Shown piece by piece: positions 55,794 through 63,225 of a stretch of 63,225 nt of DNA (the first letter of the stretch is position 1; each line of letters begins with the position of its first letter). The notes below the pieces were generated by a model. It saw only the letters and a program-made list of their open reading frames with translations, ran no database searches and was not told where the DNA came from. Location: the IMG/VR virus record IMGVR_UViG_3300049167_000226, positions 1-63,225 of that record. One strand, 5' to 3'. Source of the stretch: a virus. Lineage: Duplodnaviria; Caudoviricetes. The position numbers were made by a program, and so were the translations under genes.

Positions 55794-58271
55794 ATGACTG
55801 CACTCCCAGGCGTTAGATCTCCAAACATCACGAGCCGTCCCGCCGTCAGCGACGACATCGTCGTCAACCGCGACCGGACTACAGGGCTGCAGTCGGTCGA
55901 GAATTTGGCTCGGCAGCTGGCAGGGACGGCCCCGATCCGGTACCTCAACGGCGCGGCCCCCATTTTCGAGACAGCCGAAGAGTTGCTCGCAACAGATATC
56001 GAGAATCCAGTCTCCGCCTGGGTTATAGGCGATCCAGACATAAACAAGATCGGGATCTGGGGATACGACGGGTCCGACTGGGCGTGGGCGTTGCCACTGC
56101 CTTATGATTGGATAGTAGCCATTGATGAAGGTGCTGGTAGTCCGAACGCCATCCAAGCGACGACCAAAGTCCCCGTCTTTGATACGGCGATGATCCATAT
56201 GGAGGTTGCGGACACTAATACTGGTTCGCCTGTGACGGTCTCTTTCAATGGGGGTACGGCAAAGACCATCAAGACCAACAGCGGCAACAATATATCGGCC
56301 GGCGGCCTTGTGGCTGGCATGGTGGTGATGGGTATCCTGTCGGGTTCGATCTTCCGGCTGCTGAGCGATCAGGTAGCTGAAGCCATCGTCGCTGCCGCGG
56401 AAGATGCTGCAGCCAGGGCCGAGGCGGCCGCGGCCAGTGTTGAGAACCAGATTTCAAACTTCGACACCGAAGCCGTGGTAACCGCAGCTCAGGTTCCGGC
56501 GGCAGTGCACTCCATTCGCCTCAGCGGCGGCGTATCTCCTGGCGATGGTCTAGGCGGCCTGTACGTAGACGAGCCAAATGGAAAGCCAGCCTCATTCACG
56601 TCTGGCGGTACCACCGCGCGAAGCTGGTACAAGGCAAGGGACGTCAGAGGTGATAGCCGTGAAGGGCAAGTCGCCACGCGCTGCGTCATCCCGGGTTTTT
56701 CAAACACGACGAACAAGCAGATCCTGTCGCGCACCCGACACTTTGCCCGTGACATCCTCACAGGTCTTCGTCTTATCTACCCAAACTGGTTCCACAACGG
56801 TGACACGGAAACCGGGATCGACGGCACCATCACAGTCTCGGCGTCGGTTGAGTATCCAGAAGGCCAGCTCAATCAGGTGAAGTGGGCGGGTTCCGCCAGT
56901 ATTGTCATCGCAGACAGAACCAGTTCAGCGCCATCCGACCTATTGGCAATCGAGATACCGGACGGCGCCGAGTTCTTTGTCAGAACATACTCGACAAGCG
57001 CGGCCGGCATCCTTTTCTCTGCGACCGAGGACACGATCCACGGTGAGGGCTCGGAGTTCGGCCCGTCTGGCATCACCGACAAGACGATGAGCGGCACGAT
57101 TTCCGACAATGGGAACAATGCCGTCTATGGACCTTGTGCCATCATCGGAGCGACCACGAAACCTTCGGTGTTCGTTGTTGGCGACAGCAGAGAGAGCGCG
57201 GCTGGGTTCGATATACCTAATTCGCTCTCGGCCGTGGGGCATGTCGCGCGGGCGGTATCGCCTATGTGCGCCTATATCGATGTCTCGCGTGGCGGCGAAA
57301 GGCTAGCTGAGTTTGTTGCCGCTCATTCGAGGCGGGTAGCTCTCGCGCAATATTGCAGCCATGCGGTCATCCACATGGGCATCAACGACTTTACGGCCGG
57401 TCAGACCTCCGCATCGGCGTTGGCGAACCTTGCGACAATCATTGGATATTTCCCCACTATTGAGGTCTGGTTAGCAACGATTGAACCGGTCACCACCTCC
57501 TCTGATGGGTGGATTACGGGCGCGAACCAAACCATCGACGCTACGTCCAACAGCAACCGTATCGCCTTCAATGATGCTATCCGGGCGGGCGTGGCTGGGG
57601 TCGCGGGCTTTTTCGACATCGCAGATGTTTTTGAGAGCGCGCGCAACAGCGGCAAGTGGAAGGCGCCGGCCGGCGTCGCACTCACCAGTGATGGCACTCA
57701 CGAGACCCTCGCAGGATACGAGTGGGGAGAGCAGAGTAGGGTAATCGACCCTAACCGGTTCATTGAGTTGGGAGTGTGGCGGCCGCGCTTCGCAACCAGG
57801 AAAGAGGTTCTTGCGGGGAAGGCCTCGGGCGTGATGATAGATCCCGCTGGCCTTGGTGTGAGGGCCGCTTTTCGTTCCACCAAGAATGGAGTGGACCAGA
57901 CGGTGACGTCGGCTTCAAGCACGAAGATCACCTGGACCACGAAGGTGTTCGATACCCTGAATGGCTATGACGTTGTCAATTCACGGTGGGTGCCGCCGGC
58001 GGGCCAGTGTCGCATTCACGGACAGCTCTACGTTACTGCTGGTGTGGTTGATGCTGCGCAATTCCAAGTGCGAATTGCGAAAAATGGAGCGACGGTTGCC
58101 GAGTTTACTCTCCGCCCCAGCGGGACAGCGGCTCATTCGCTTTGTGTCGACGCCGTCCTACAGGCGGACGGCGACGACTACTTCGAGATATGGGTCAACC
58201 TTGGTGGTGCGGGTGACAAGACGGTTTCAGGGGATGCCACACGAACCTATTTCGAGGGGTATTCCCTCTAA
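55794..58271 (+). CDS. Tail spike/fibre with SGNH hydrolase domain
   Basis: VVGDS, GGE, GINDF, DGTH blocks; start moved to MTALPG. Confidence 0.82.
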   Translation: MTALPGVRSPNITSRPAVSDDIVVNRDRTTGLQSVENLARQLAGTAPIRYLNGAAPIFETAEELLATDIENPVSAWVIGDPDINKIGIWGYDGSDWAWALPLPYDWIVAIDEGAGSPNAIQATTKVPVFDTAMIHMEVADTNTGSPVTVSFNGGTAKTIKTNSGNNISAGGLVAGMVVMGILSGSIFRLLSDQVAEAIVAAAEDAAARAEAAAASVENQISNFDTEAVVTAAQVPAAVHSIRLSGGVSPGDGLGGLYVDEPNGKPASFTSGGTTARSWYKARDVRGDSREGQVATRCVIPGFSNTTNKQILSRTRHFARDILTGLRLIYPNWFHNGDTETGIDGTITVSASVEYPEGQLNQVKWAGSASIVIADRTSSAPSDLLAIEIPDGAEFFVRTYSTSAAGILFSATEDTIHGEGSEFGPSGITDKTMSGTISDNGNNAVYGPCAIIGATTKPSVFVVGDSRESAAGFDIPNSLSAVGHVARAVSPMCAYIDVSRGGERLAEFVAAHSRRVALAQYCSHAVIHMGINDFTAGQTSASALANLATIIGYFPTIEVWLATIEPVTTSSDGWITGANQTIDATSNSNRIAFNDAIRAGVAGVAGFFDIADVFESARNSGKWKAPAGVALTSDGTHETLAGYEWGEQSRVIDPNRFIELGVWRPRFATRKEVLAGKASGVMIDPAGLGVRAAFRSTKNGVDQTVTSASSTKITWTTKVFDTLNGYDVVNSRWVPPAGQCRIHGQLYVTAGVVDAAQFQVRIAKNGATVAEFTLRPSGTAAHSLCVDAVLQADGDDYFEIWVNLGGAGDKTVSGDATRTYFEGYSL

Positions 58272-58924
58272 TCGCCTTGTAGCCTCTGCTGGAAGGCCGA
58301 CAGGTATCGCTTCGCCTCGGATGGGTTCCAGTCAGCAGGTTTTTCGAATATGCCGACAGTATCTCCCCAGGCCCCCTCTGCAAACTTGCCCTTTCTAGGG
58401 ATCGCCTCCCAGATTTTCGGACGCTTCTCCTTGAGGAAATCCAGATCGGCATTTGTGAAATCGGTTGTGGCCTCAATGCACTTGAGGCCACTCCACGCGC
58501 CTAGAGCAGTCATTCCGTCCCGGTAAAATCTCCAGCAATCGGTCGGAACCCTGTGTTCATATCCTCTTGAAGGGGCGATATGGAACATGATCCCACCTGG
58601 CTTCAACACCCGGCCCATCTCTAGGAACGTCAACCAAAACATGGAGTTGTGTTCCATCATTTGGCCACTGATGATGCAGTCGTAGGAATTGTTTTCGATG
58701 GGCCAGATGAACGGATCTTGTGCGATAATATCGACGTTGTGACCCGGCCCGAGGTCCAGGCCGACATATTCCCAACCGAGATCAAGGAACATTTTCTTGT
58801 ACGGCGGGACGACATTGGGGTCTCCGATGCCAGATCCGATTTCGAGGACTTTGCCCGCCGGCCGTTTGTTTATGATATGCCTATTTAGGCAGTCCTGCAT
58901 GTGCCAGATGGAACTCTGATGCAT
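58268..58924 (-). CDS. Class I SAM-dependent methyltransferase (moron)
   Basis: VLEIGSG, YVGLD, SGQMMEH, RVLKPGG, DCWRF. Confidence 0.88.
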   Translation of the reverse strand: MHQSSIWHMQDCLNRHIINKRPAGKVLEIGSGIGDPNVVPPYKKMFLDLGWEYVGLDLGPGHNVDIIAQDPFIWPIENNSYDCIISGQMMEHNSMFWLTFLEMGRVLKPGGIMFHIAPSRGYEHRVPTDCWRFYRDGMTALGAWSGLKCIEATTDFTNADLDFLKEKRPKIWEAIPRKGKFAEGAWGDTVGIFEKPADWNPSEAKRYLSAFQQRLQGD

Positions 58925-58927
58925 GGG

Positions 58928-59116
58928 TCACCCCCTCTCTCTAGATTGTAAAATAGTGTCCGCCAACTGCTCGATGGCGGTTTGGAGTTCGTCTGATGAA
59001 CCGTTTTTGAGGTTGATGACGAATTGGCCTAAGGCATATAAAAGAGCTTCTCGGGCGATGCCGCCGCTGTTTTTGACCGAAGCTGGCCGCTCTTCTAAAA
59101 CGGGTGGTGTTTGCAT
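58928..59116 (-). CDS. Small hypothetical protein
   Basis: Directly upstream of the methyltransferase. Confidence 0.35.
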   Translation of the reverse strand: MQTPPVLEERPASVKNSGGIAREALLYALGQFVINLKNGSSDELQTAIEQLADTILQSRERG

Positions 59117-59527
59117 GGAGGGTTCTTTCGATTGCCGAGATACGTTCCGCTAGAAATTGAGCCGGTATACAGCGCACTTGACTGGAAACTAGCAAGAGTG
59201 ATGTTGACCAGCTTCGCTTTTTTCGCCGAATTTTCGAACCCGCACATGCTGGGGGTGTTGAGGATTTCATTCAAAAAGGCGGAAATCTACCGGGTTGTGG
59301 ACTCTCTGGCTATGTTGGATGTCGAGACTACCCCGATCGACGGCAAGGTCGAGACTTATCATTTTGGGTACACGGTCGAGAATGCGGCCTTTGCTCTTCA
59401 ATTCGGCGAGAAGATTTTCGCGAGCGAAAAGCCAATGACGCACTACCGTTTTATAACTGGCGATTCGTGTTTGGATGTGATCACGAGTTCCCCGATCCAC
59501 ATGCGGGTTCACGATCGAGAGACATAA
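59111..59527 (+). CDS. Hypothetical protein (moron); start uncertain
   Basis: Protein-like ORF, HYRFITGDSCLDVI. Confidence 0.55.
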   Translation: MHGGFFRLPRYVPLEIEPVYSALDWKLARVMLTSFAFFAEFSNPHMLGVLRISFKKAEIYRVVDSLAMLDVETTPIDGKVETYHFGYTVENAAFALQFGEKIFASEKPMTHYRFITGDSCLDVITSSPIHMRVHDRET

Positions 59528-59655
59528 TCCGCTCGCGCGTGGTGACATCACCCATGACCGAATTCAACGGTTTCAAGGGCCAGGCTGTGGGCCTGGATGA
59601 TATCGACATTCCGCGCATAGGATCAGAGATCGTCGCGAAGGCTGCTCCAGTCGGA

Positions 59656-59868
59656 TCAAGCTACATTGGACGGTCCGTCGTCGGTTGGCGCTACGCTTGC
59701 GGTAGCCTCCTGTGTCGAAGTCAGATCGTCTAGGGTTTGGTCATCATCGCGGAGTTCGCCAAGTGCGAAGCTTAATGACACGATACACACCGCTATGCTC
59801 GCCGCAAACGTGACGGTGCCGAAGCCGAACACTTCCAATATCAGCCGCAGAATATGGTGCACTTTCAT
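59656..59868 (-). CDS. Small single-TM protein
   Basis: GGAGG RBS before MKVHHIL; hydrophobic segment, acidic tail. Confidence 0.5.
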   Translation of the reverse strand: MKVHHILRLILEVFGFGTVTFAASIAVCIVSLSFALGELRDDDQTLDDLTSTQEATASVAPTDDGPSNVA

Positions 59869-60192
59869 AAGGCAAGGCCTCCGTACCAGCGCTTGTATTG
59901 CAAAACACGCCTGCTCGTAAACCCCAAAGGACATCGCCATGACTGCGATGCGTACCAGCGCCGCGGGTGCTCTGGATGGGCCGGCACGGCATCACATGCA
60001 AGAGGCCTGGCACACACGCGCTCGTGTGATCCGCCGTGCCAGGCCTCCTGCCGCGCCAAGGGGGATCGGTCGCGACAGGGGCACTTTTCTCCCCTGATCT
60101 GAATGGTTCCACTTCCGTTAGCGGACGTACTTAACCACTCGTAAATACCCACAGCACCCGCATCAAAACGGGACAACTTCAGGACATCACCC

Positions 60193-61164
60193 ATGAGCGT
60201 CATCACTGCCGCGCAAGTGCGAGCGGCTGCAAAATCGCGCGTCAATGAAGCCAATATGAATTCCGTCCTGGTCGCGCTCGACAAGTTCGGGATCGAGCTA
60301 GGAATGAATCGGCCGCATCGCGTGGCGCAGTACTTTGCGCAGCTGATGCACGAGAGCGGCGCATTCCGCTTCGATCAGGAGGTTTGGGGGCCGACGCCGG
60401 CGCAGGCCCGCTATGATGTCCGCACCGATCTCGGCAACACACCGGAAGCGGATGGCGACGGCTATCTTTACCGCGGCCGCGCCGGCGTTCAGATCACGGG
60501 CAAGGCGAACTATGCGGCCTTCCGCGATTGGTGTCGGGCGAAGGGCTTCAATCCCCCTGACTTCGTGGCGCAGCCGGATCTCGTCAACACCGATCCGTGG
60601 GAAGGCCTTGCGCCACTCTGGTATTGGTCGACGCGTAACCTGAACGCCTATGCCGATCGCAACGACATCGAGACGATCACCAAGAAGATCAATGGCGGCA
60701 AGAACGGGCTCGCCGACCGGATCGACTATTACGGTCGCATTGCCCTCGTCGTCCTCGGCTACCAGCCAACGGAAGCGGACATTCGGCGCTACCAGTCCGA
60801 GCGAGGCCTCGGCGTCGACGGGGACGTCGGTCCGAGGACCAGGGCGGCTTTGCACGAGGATCTGCTCGCCATGTCCGGAGCGTCGGTCAAGATGGCGGCT
60901 TTCTCGTCCTCACCGGTTACCGAAGAAAAGGCCGTCGTGCCGGTCGCCGTTGAGACGCAGGTCAAGCGCAAGTTCAACCTCTTCGGTCTCTTCGGTGGCG
61001 GCGGATCGTTCGGCGGCCTCGGTCTGGCGGCGTTCGCCGGTATGGATTGGCAGGTGGTCGCGGTGATTGCGGGCGTGCTCCTCGTCACGCTGATCCTTGG
61101 CCTTCTGCTTCAGAACTCGGTCGTCTCGGCGATCGGCAAGATCCGGGCGGCAGTCGAACCATGA
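60193..61164 (+). CDS. Endolysin: GH19 + peptidoglycan-binding domain + C-terminal TM segments
   Basis: FAQLMHESG, YRGR..QITGK.NY, ITKKINGG.NG, VDGDVGPRT. Confidence 0.92.
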   Translation: MSVITAAQVRAAAKSRVNEANMNSVLVALDKFGIELGMNRPHRVAQYFAQLMHESGAFRFDQEVWGPTPAQARYDVRTDLGNTPEADGDGYLYRGRAGVQITGKANYAAFRDWCRAKGFNPPDFVAQPDLVNTDPWEGLAPLWYWSTRNLNAYADRNDIETITKKINGGKNGLADRIDYYGRIALVVLGYQPTEADIRRYQSERGLGVDGDVGPRTRAALHEDLLAMSGASVKMAAFSSSPVTEEKAVVPVAVETQVKRKFNLFGLFGGGGSFGGLGLAAFAGMDWQVVAVIAGVLLVTLILGLLLQNSVVSAIGKIRAAVEP

Positions 61165-61448
61165 TCACCGACAAGATCAGCATGGCGATTGGGGCGGCCG
61201 GAGGGCTGGCCCTCGGCTTCGCCGTCTTCACCACCATCAACGCCGTGTGGTGGCTTCCCACCGCCAAGAGCGAGGCGCGTGCAGTCGAGCGCGCCACCAT
61301 GCAGGCAGCAACCGACAAGGCCGTAGGAGAACTGAGCAATGAGGCTGACAAGGCTCGCTTTAACCGTCGCATGTGCCGTGAGCGCGGCGGCGTGTACCTC
61401 AACTCAACAGGTCAGTGCCTCGAAGGGGCAGCTGTCCCGCACAGCTAG
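61161..61448 (+). CDS. i-spanin (Rz-like)
   Basis: N-terminal TM followed by helix with Cys; follows endolysin. Confidence 0.7.
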   Translation: MITDKISMAIGAAGGLALGFAVFTTINAVWWLPTAKSEARAVERATMQAATDKAVGELSNEADKARFNRRMCRERGGVYLNSTGQCLEGAAVPHS

Positions 61449-61602
61449 GGCGATTGTCGGGACGGCGCTGATCGGCGCGCGAGGCGCGACGCCGGCCGAT
61501 CAGGACGGCATTGACGACACGGTCGCCGGGATCTGCGGGGCGGGCGTCTGGACGCAAGCCGAGTGCCTGGCCCATGATCAGAAGGCTGGCAAGCCACGCT
61601 AG
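61339..61602 (+). CDS. o-spanin (Rz1-like lipoprotein)
   Basis: Signal peptide with lipobox SAAAC; overlaps i-spanin. Confidence 0.75.
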   Translation: MRLTRLALTVACAVSAAACTSTQQVSASKGQLSRTARAIVGTALIGARGATPADQDGIDDTVAGICGAGVWTQAECLAHDQKAGKPR

Positions 61603-61640
61603 AAAAAGGAAGGTCCGACCGTTTTTCCCGTTCGGACCTT
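61603..61640 (-). terminator. Terminator for the antisense gene pair
   Basis: aaggtccga/tcggacctt stem next to an A5 run. Confidence 0.5.
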
Positions 61641-61736
61641 CATCAGTCTGTTTTGGCAGCGGGATGCAACCATGAAGGGGAATGCTGAGTCAATTGCGCG
61701 CTGATGCTTGTCCGCGGGACGACGATCACGTTCGTG

Positions 61737-61946
61737 TCAGTTTACCTTCTTGCCAGCGACGTGGGTGACGGACTTGAACACCTTCGAATGATCTGGAGGC
61801 CTGTCCCATGCGAGTTGCGGCGAGCATCTGGGGCAGGGCATGCCCGCCGCGCCGCATCCGCAACCATGCGTTCCTGTGAAGGGTTTTGTCGGGTGAGCCT
61901 CGCATACCCAGCCCGTATCTCGGCAGTCTTTGCATTGCCGGGTCAT
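61737..61946 (-). CDS. Small Cys-rich Zn-binding protein
   Basis: CKDC..GWVCEAHP...CGCG..GMPCPRC. Confidence 0.65.
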   Translation of the reverse strand: MTRQCKDCRDTGWVCEAHPTKPFTGTHGCGCGAAGMPCPRCSPQLAWDRPPDHSKVFKSVTHVAGKKVN

Positions 61947-62143
61947 ATTACCATCGCGGTCAATTGCCTCTCGGTGAGGACTCCGTGCTGGTAGAGGGAG
62001 ACAATGAGGATGGCGACCTCGACCGCTTCGGGTGTCTGCTTCTGAAGACCACGAGCCATGCATGCCTGGTCAAATACCCGCTGCAGCATGGACAGTTCCT
62101 CTGGCTCGATCGGATCGAGCACATGAACGTGCTTGATCAGCAT
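61943..62143 (-). CDS. Small hypothetical protein
   Basis: PEELSMLQRVFD...LYQHGV; coupled to downstream gene. Confidence 0.6.
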   Translation of the reverse strand: MLIKHVHVLDPIEPEELSMLQRVFDQACMARGLQKQTPEAVEVAILIVSLYQHGVLTERQLTAMVI

Positions 62144-62214
62144 TCGTTCACCCCAAAGCATCCCCGATGCATCATCGTAATTCAAAGGGTTCCCGATTGC
62201 TACCAGACGAAACC

Positions 62215-62469
62215 GTGATCAGCGCCAGCAAGAGCTTCATCGACGTCGGCGTCGTCGGCACGGTGGCGCTGCTTGCCATTGTGGCGCTGTACCTGATCAC
62301 CAAGAAGCTCTTCTCGGTTCAAGATCAGCTCTTGGCCGCAGTCGAGTCCCACAAGAACGATGCCGTCAAATGGGCCGGCATGACCGAGATCCTGAAAAAC
62401 CAGATGGAAGATCAGGCCGACCTCATGAAAACGACGATTGAGATTGTTCGTGAAAGGGGGAAGGCATGA
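62215..62469 (+). CDS. Single-TM coiled-coil protein, holin-like candidate (start uncertain)
   Basis: GVVGTVALLAIVALYLI followed by coiled coil. Confidence 0.5.
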   Translation: MISASKSFIDVGVVGTVALLAIVALYLITKKLFSVQDQLLAAVESHKNDAVKWAGMTEILKNQMEDQADLMKTTIEIVRERGKA

Positions 62470-62672
62470 CGCTGTCGTCCATCTTCTCGCGCTTGGTCAA
62501 GGGAAACCCTCATGCTGATCGGCTCGCAGAGGCCGGTCGCGAGATATCCGAAGCTCGAGAAAAGACCCGACTGAACACCGTCGTCATCGATTCCGGAGAC
62601 AGGGCGCTTCGGCGAATGACGGGGATGATGCGCATGCTGCAGGAGAATAATGGTGGCAAGGTTGAAAGGTAA
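62466..62672 (+). CDS. Hypothetical protein
   Basis: ATGA coupling. Confidence 0.55.
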   Translation: MTLSSIFSRLVKGNPHADRLAEAGREISEAREKTRLNTVVIDSGDRALRRMTGMMRMLQENNGGKVER

Positions 62673-63225
62673 TCATTTGCTCGTCTGGACGCTCCTGGCG
62701 AACGTCGTCTATTGGCTGGTTGGGATCTCGACGCCGAACCCGTATATCTCGAGCGCGTCGTCGCTGGCTCTGTTGGTGACGAGCGCCGGCATGTTCCTGC
62801 GCTATGCCCCGCACGCCTTCGATGTCGTGGTCAACGGACTTCGAGATCAGAGTGAAGGCGGGCAGGGCAGCCACCTGGCGCTCTATGGCGCCACGCTGAT
62901 CGCCGCGGGGTCTTGCTATGTCGGCCTGTTCGGCTTCTTGTGGATCATGGCCGACCAGCCGGAAACATGGCTCGGCACTCCCATGTCCGGTTACGGGCGG
63001 GCTGTGATGGCCGCCGGGTTCACGCTGATGGCGCTGAGCCCGGACACGACGCCGGCGGGCGTGAAGATGCCGAACTTCTTCCTGATCCTGCTACTGATCA
63101 TCGCTGTGGCTGTGGGATCATTCTTCGCCGGCAGGAAGGCAGCGCCGCCGGAGCAGGCGACTTATTGGCGATCGATCCAAGGCACGTCTACCGCTATTGG
63201 CAGTTTACGGGCGAGGCCACACTGA
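62650..63225 (+). CDS. Multi-pass membrane protein
   Basis: About five hydrophobic segments; AGGAG RBS. Confidence 0.7.
   Translation: MVARLKGNHLLVWTLLANVVYWLVGISTPNPYISSASSLALLVTSAGMFLRYAPHAFDVVVNGLRDQSEGGQGSHLALYGATLIAAGSCYVGLFGFLWIMADQPETWLGTPMSGYGRAVMAAGFTLMALSPDTTPAGVKMPNFFLILLLIIAVAVGSFFAGRKAAPPEQATYWRSIQGTSTAIGSLRARPH

Larger units (their letters stand above)
1..63225. mobile_element. Temperate HK97/lambda-like siphovirus (prophage or phage genome segment), alphaproteobacterial host
   Basis: Ordered modules: recombination, cI/cro, replication, terminase-portal-protease-capsid, long non-contractile tail, lysis; ends/att sites not visible. Confidence 0.95.

Noticed and set aside
52427-58271. 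Diversity-generating retroelement or invertible tail-fibre cassette
   Set aside because: No reverse transcriptase, invertase or TR/VR repeat pair noticed
60106-60120. Second LexA box (GTTC-N7-GTTA)
   Set aside because: Mismatch in one half-site and no clear promoter context

Overview
The window looks like most of a temperate HK97/lambda-like siphophage or prophage of an alphaproteobacterium, probably Rhizobiaceae. This host call is inferred from GcrA- and GapR-like genes, a GAAC-N7-GAAC SOS box and GC-rich codon usage. From left to right: (1) a leftward early/recombination operon (YqaJ, RecT, DnaQ-like exonuclease, RecD-like helicase, J-domain protein, SSB); (2) a lambda-like immunity region (PL/OL, LexA-boxed Zn-finger gene, cI, cro); (3) a rightward regulation/replication operon (GcrA-like, GapR-like, RuvC-like, second J-protein, MT-A70 methylase, primase-helicase); (4) a ~12.5 kb leftward accessory operon (HerA-like ATPase, Myb/HTH protein, PAPS-reductase-like protein, N6-MTase-like protein lacking the catalytic motif, beta clamp, XRE regulator, ParB-like protein) interrupted by an oppositely oriented Septu (PtuAB)-like cassette; (5) a ~1.2 kb structured non-coding control region; (6) the late operon (HNH, cos-like region, terminase, portal, protease, capsid, tail with -1 frameshift, TMP, tail tip, SGNH esterase spike), several morons and a lysis region. 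No integrase, tRNA or CRISPR array was recognised. Functional calls come from recognising motifs by eye; no database searches were run. Many starts were moved from the ORF track to the likely RBS-supported or translationally coupled start.
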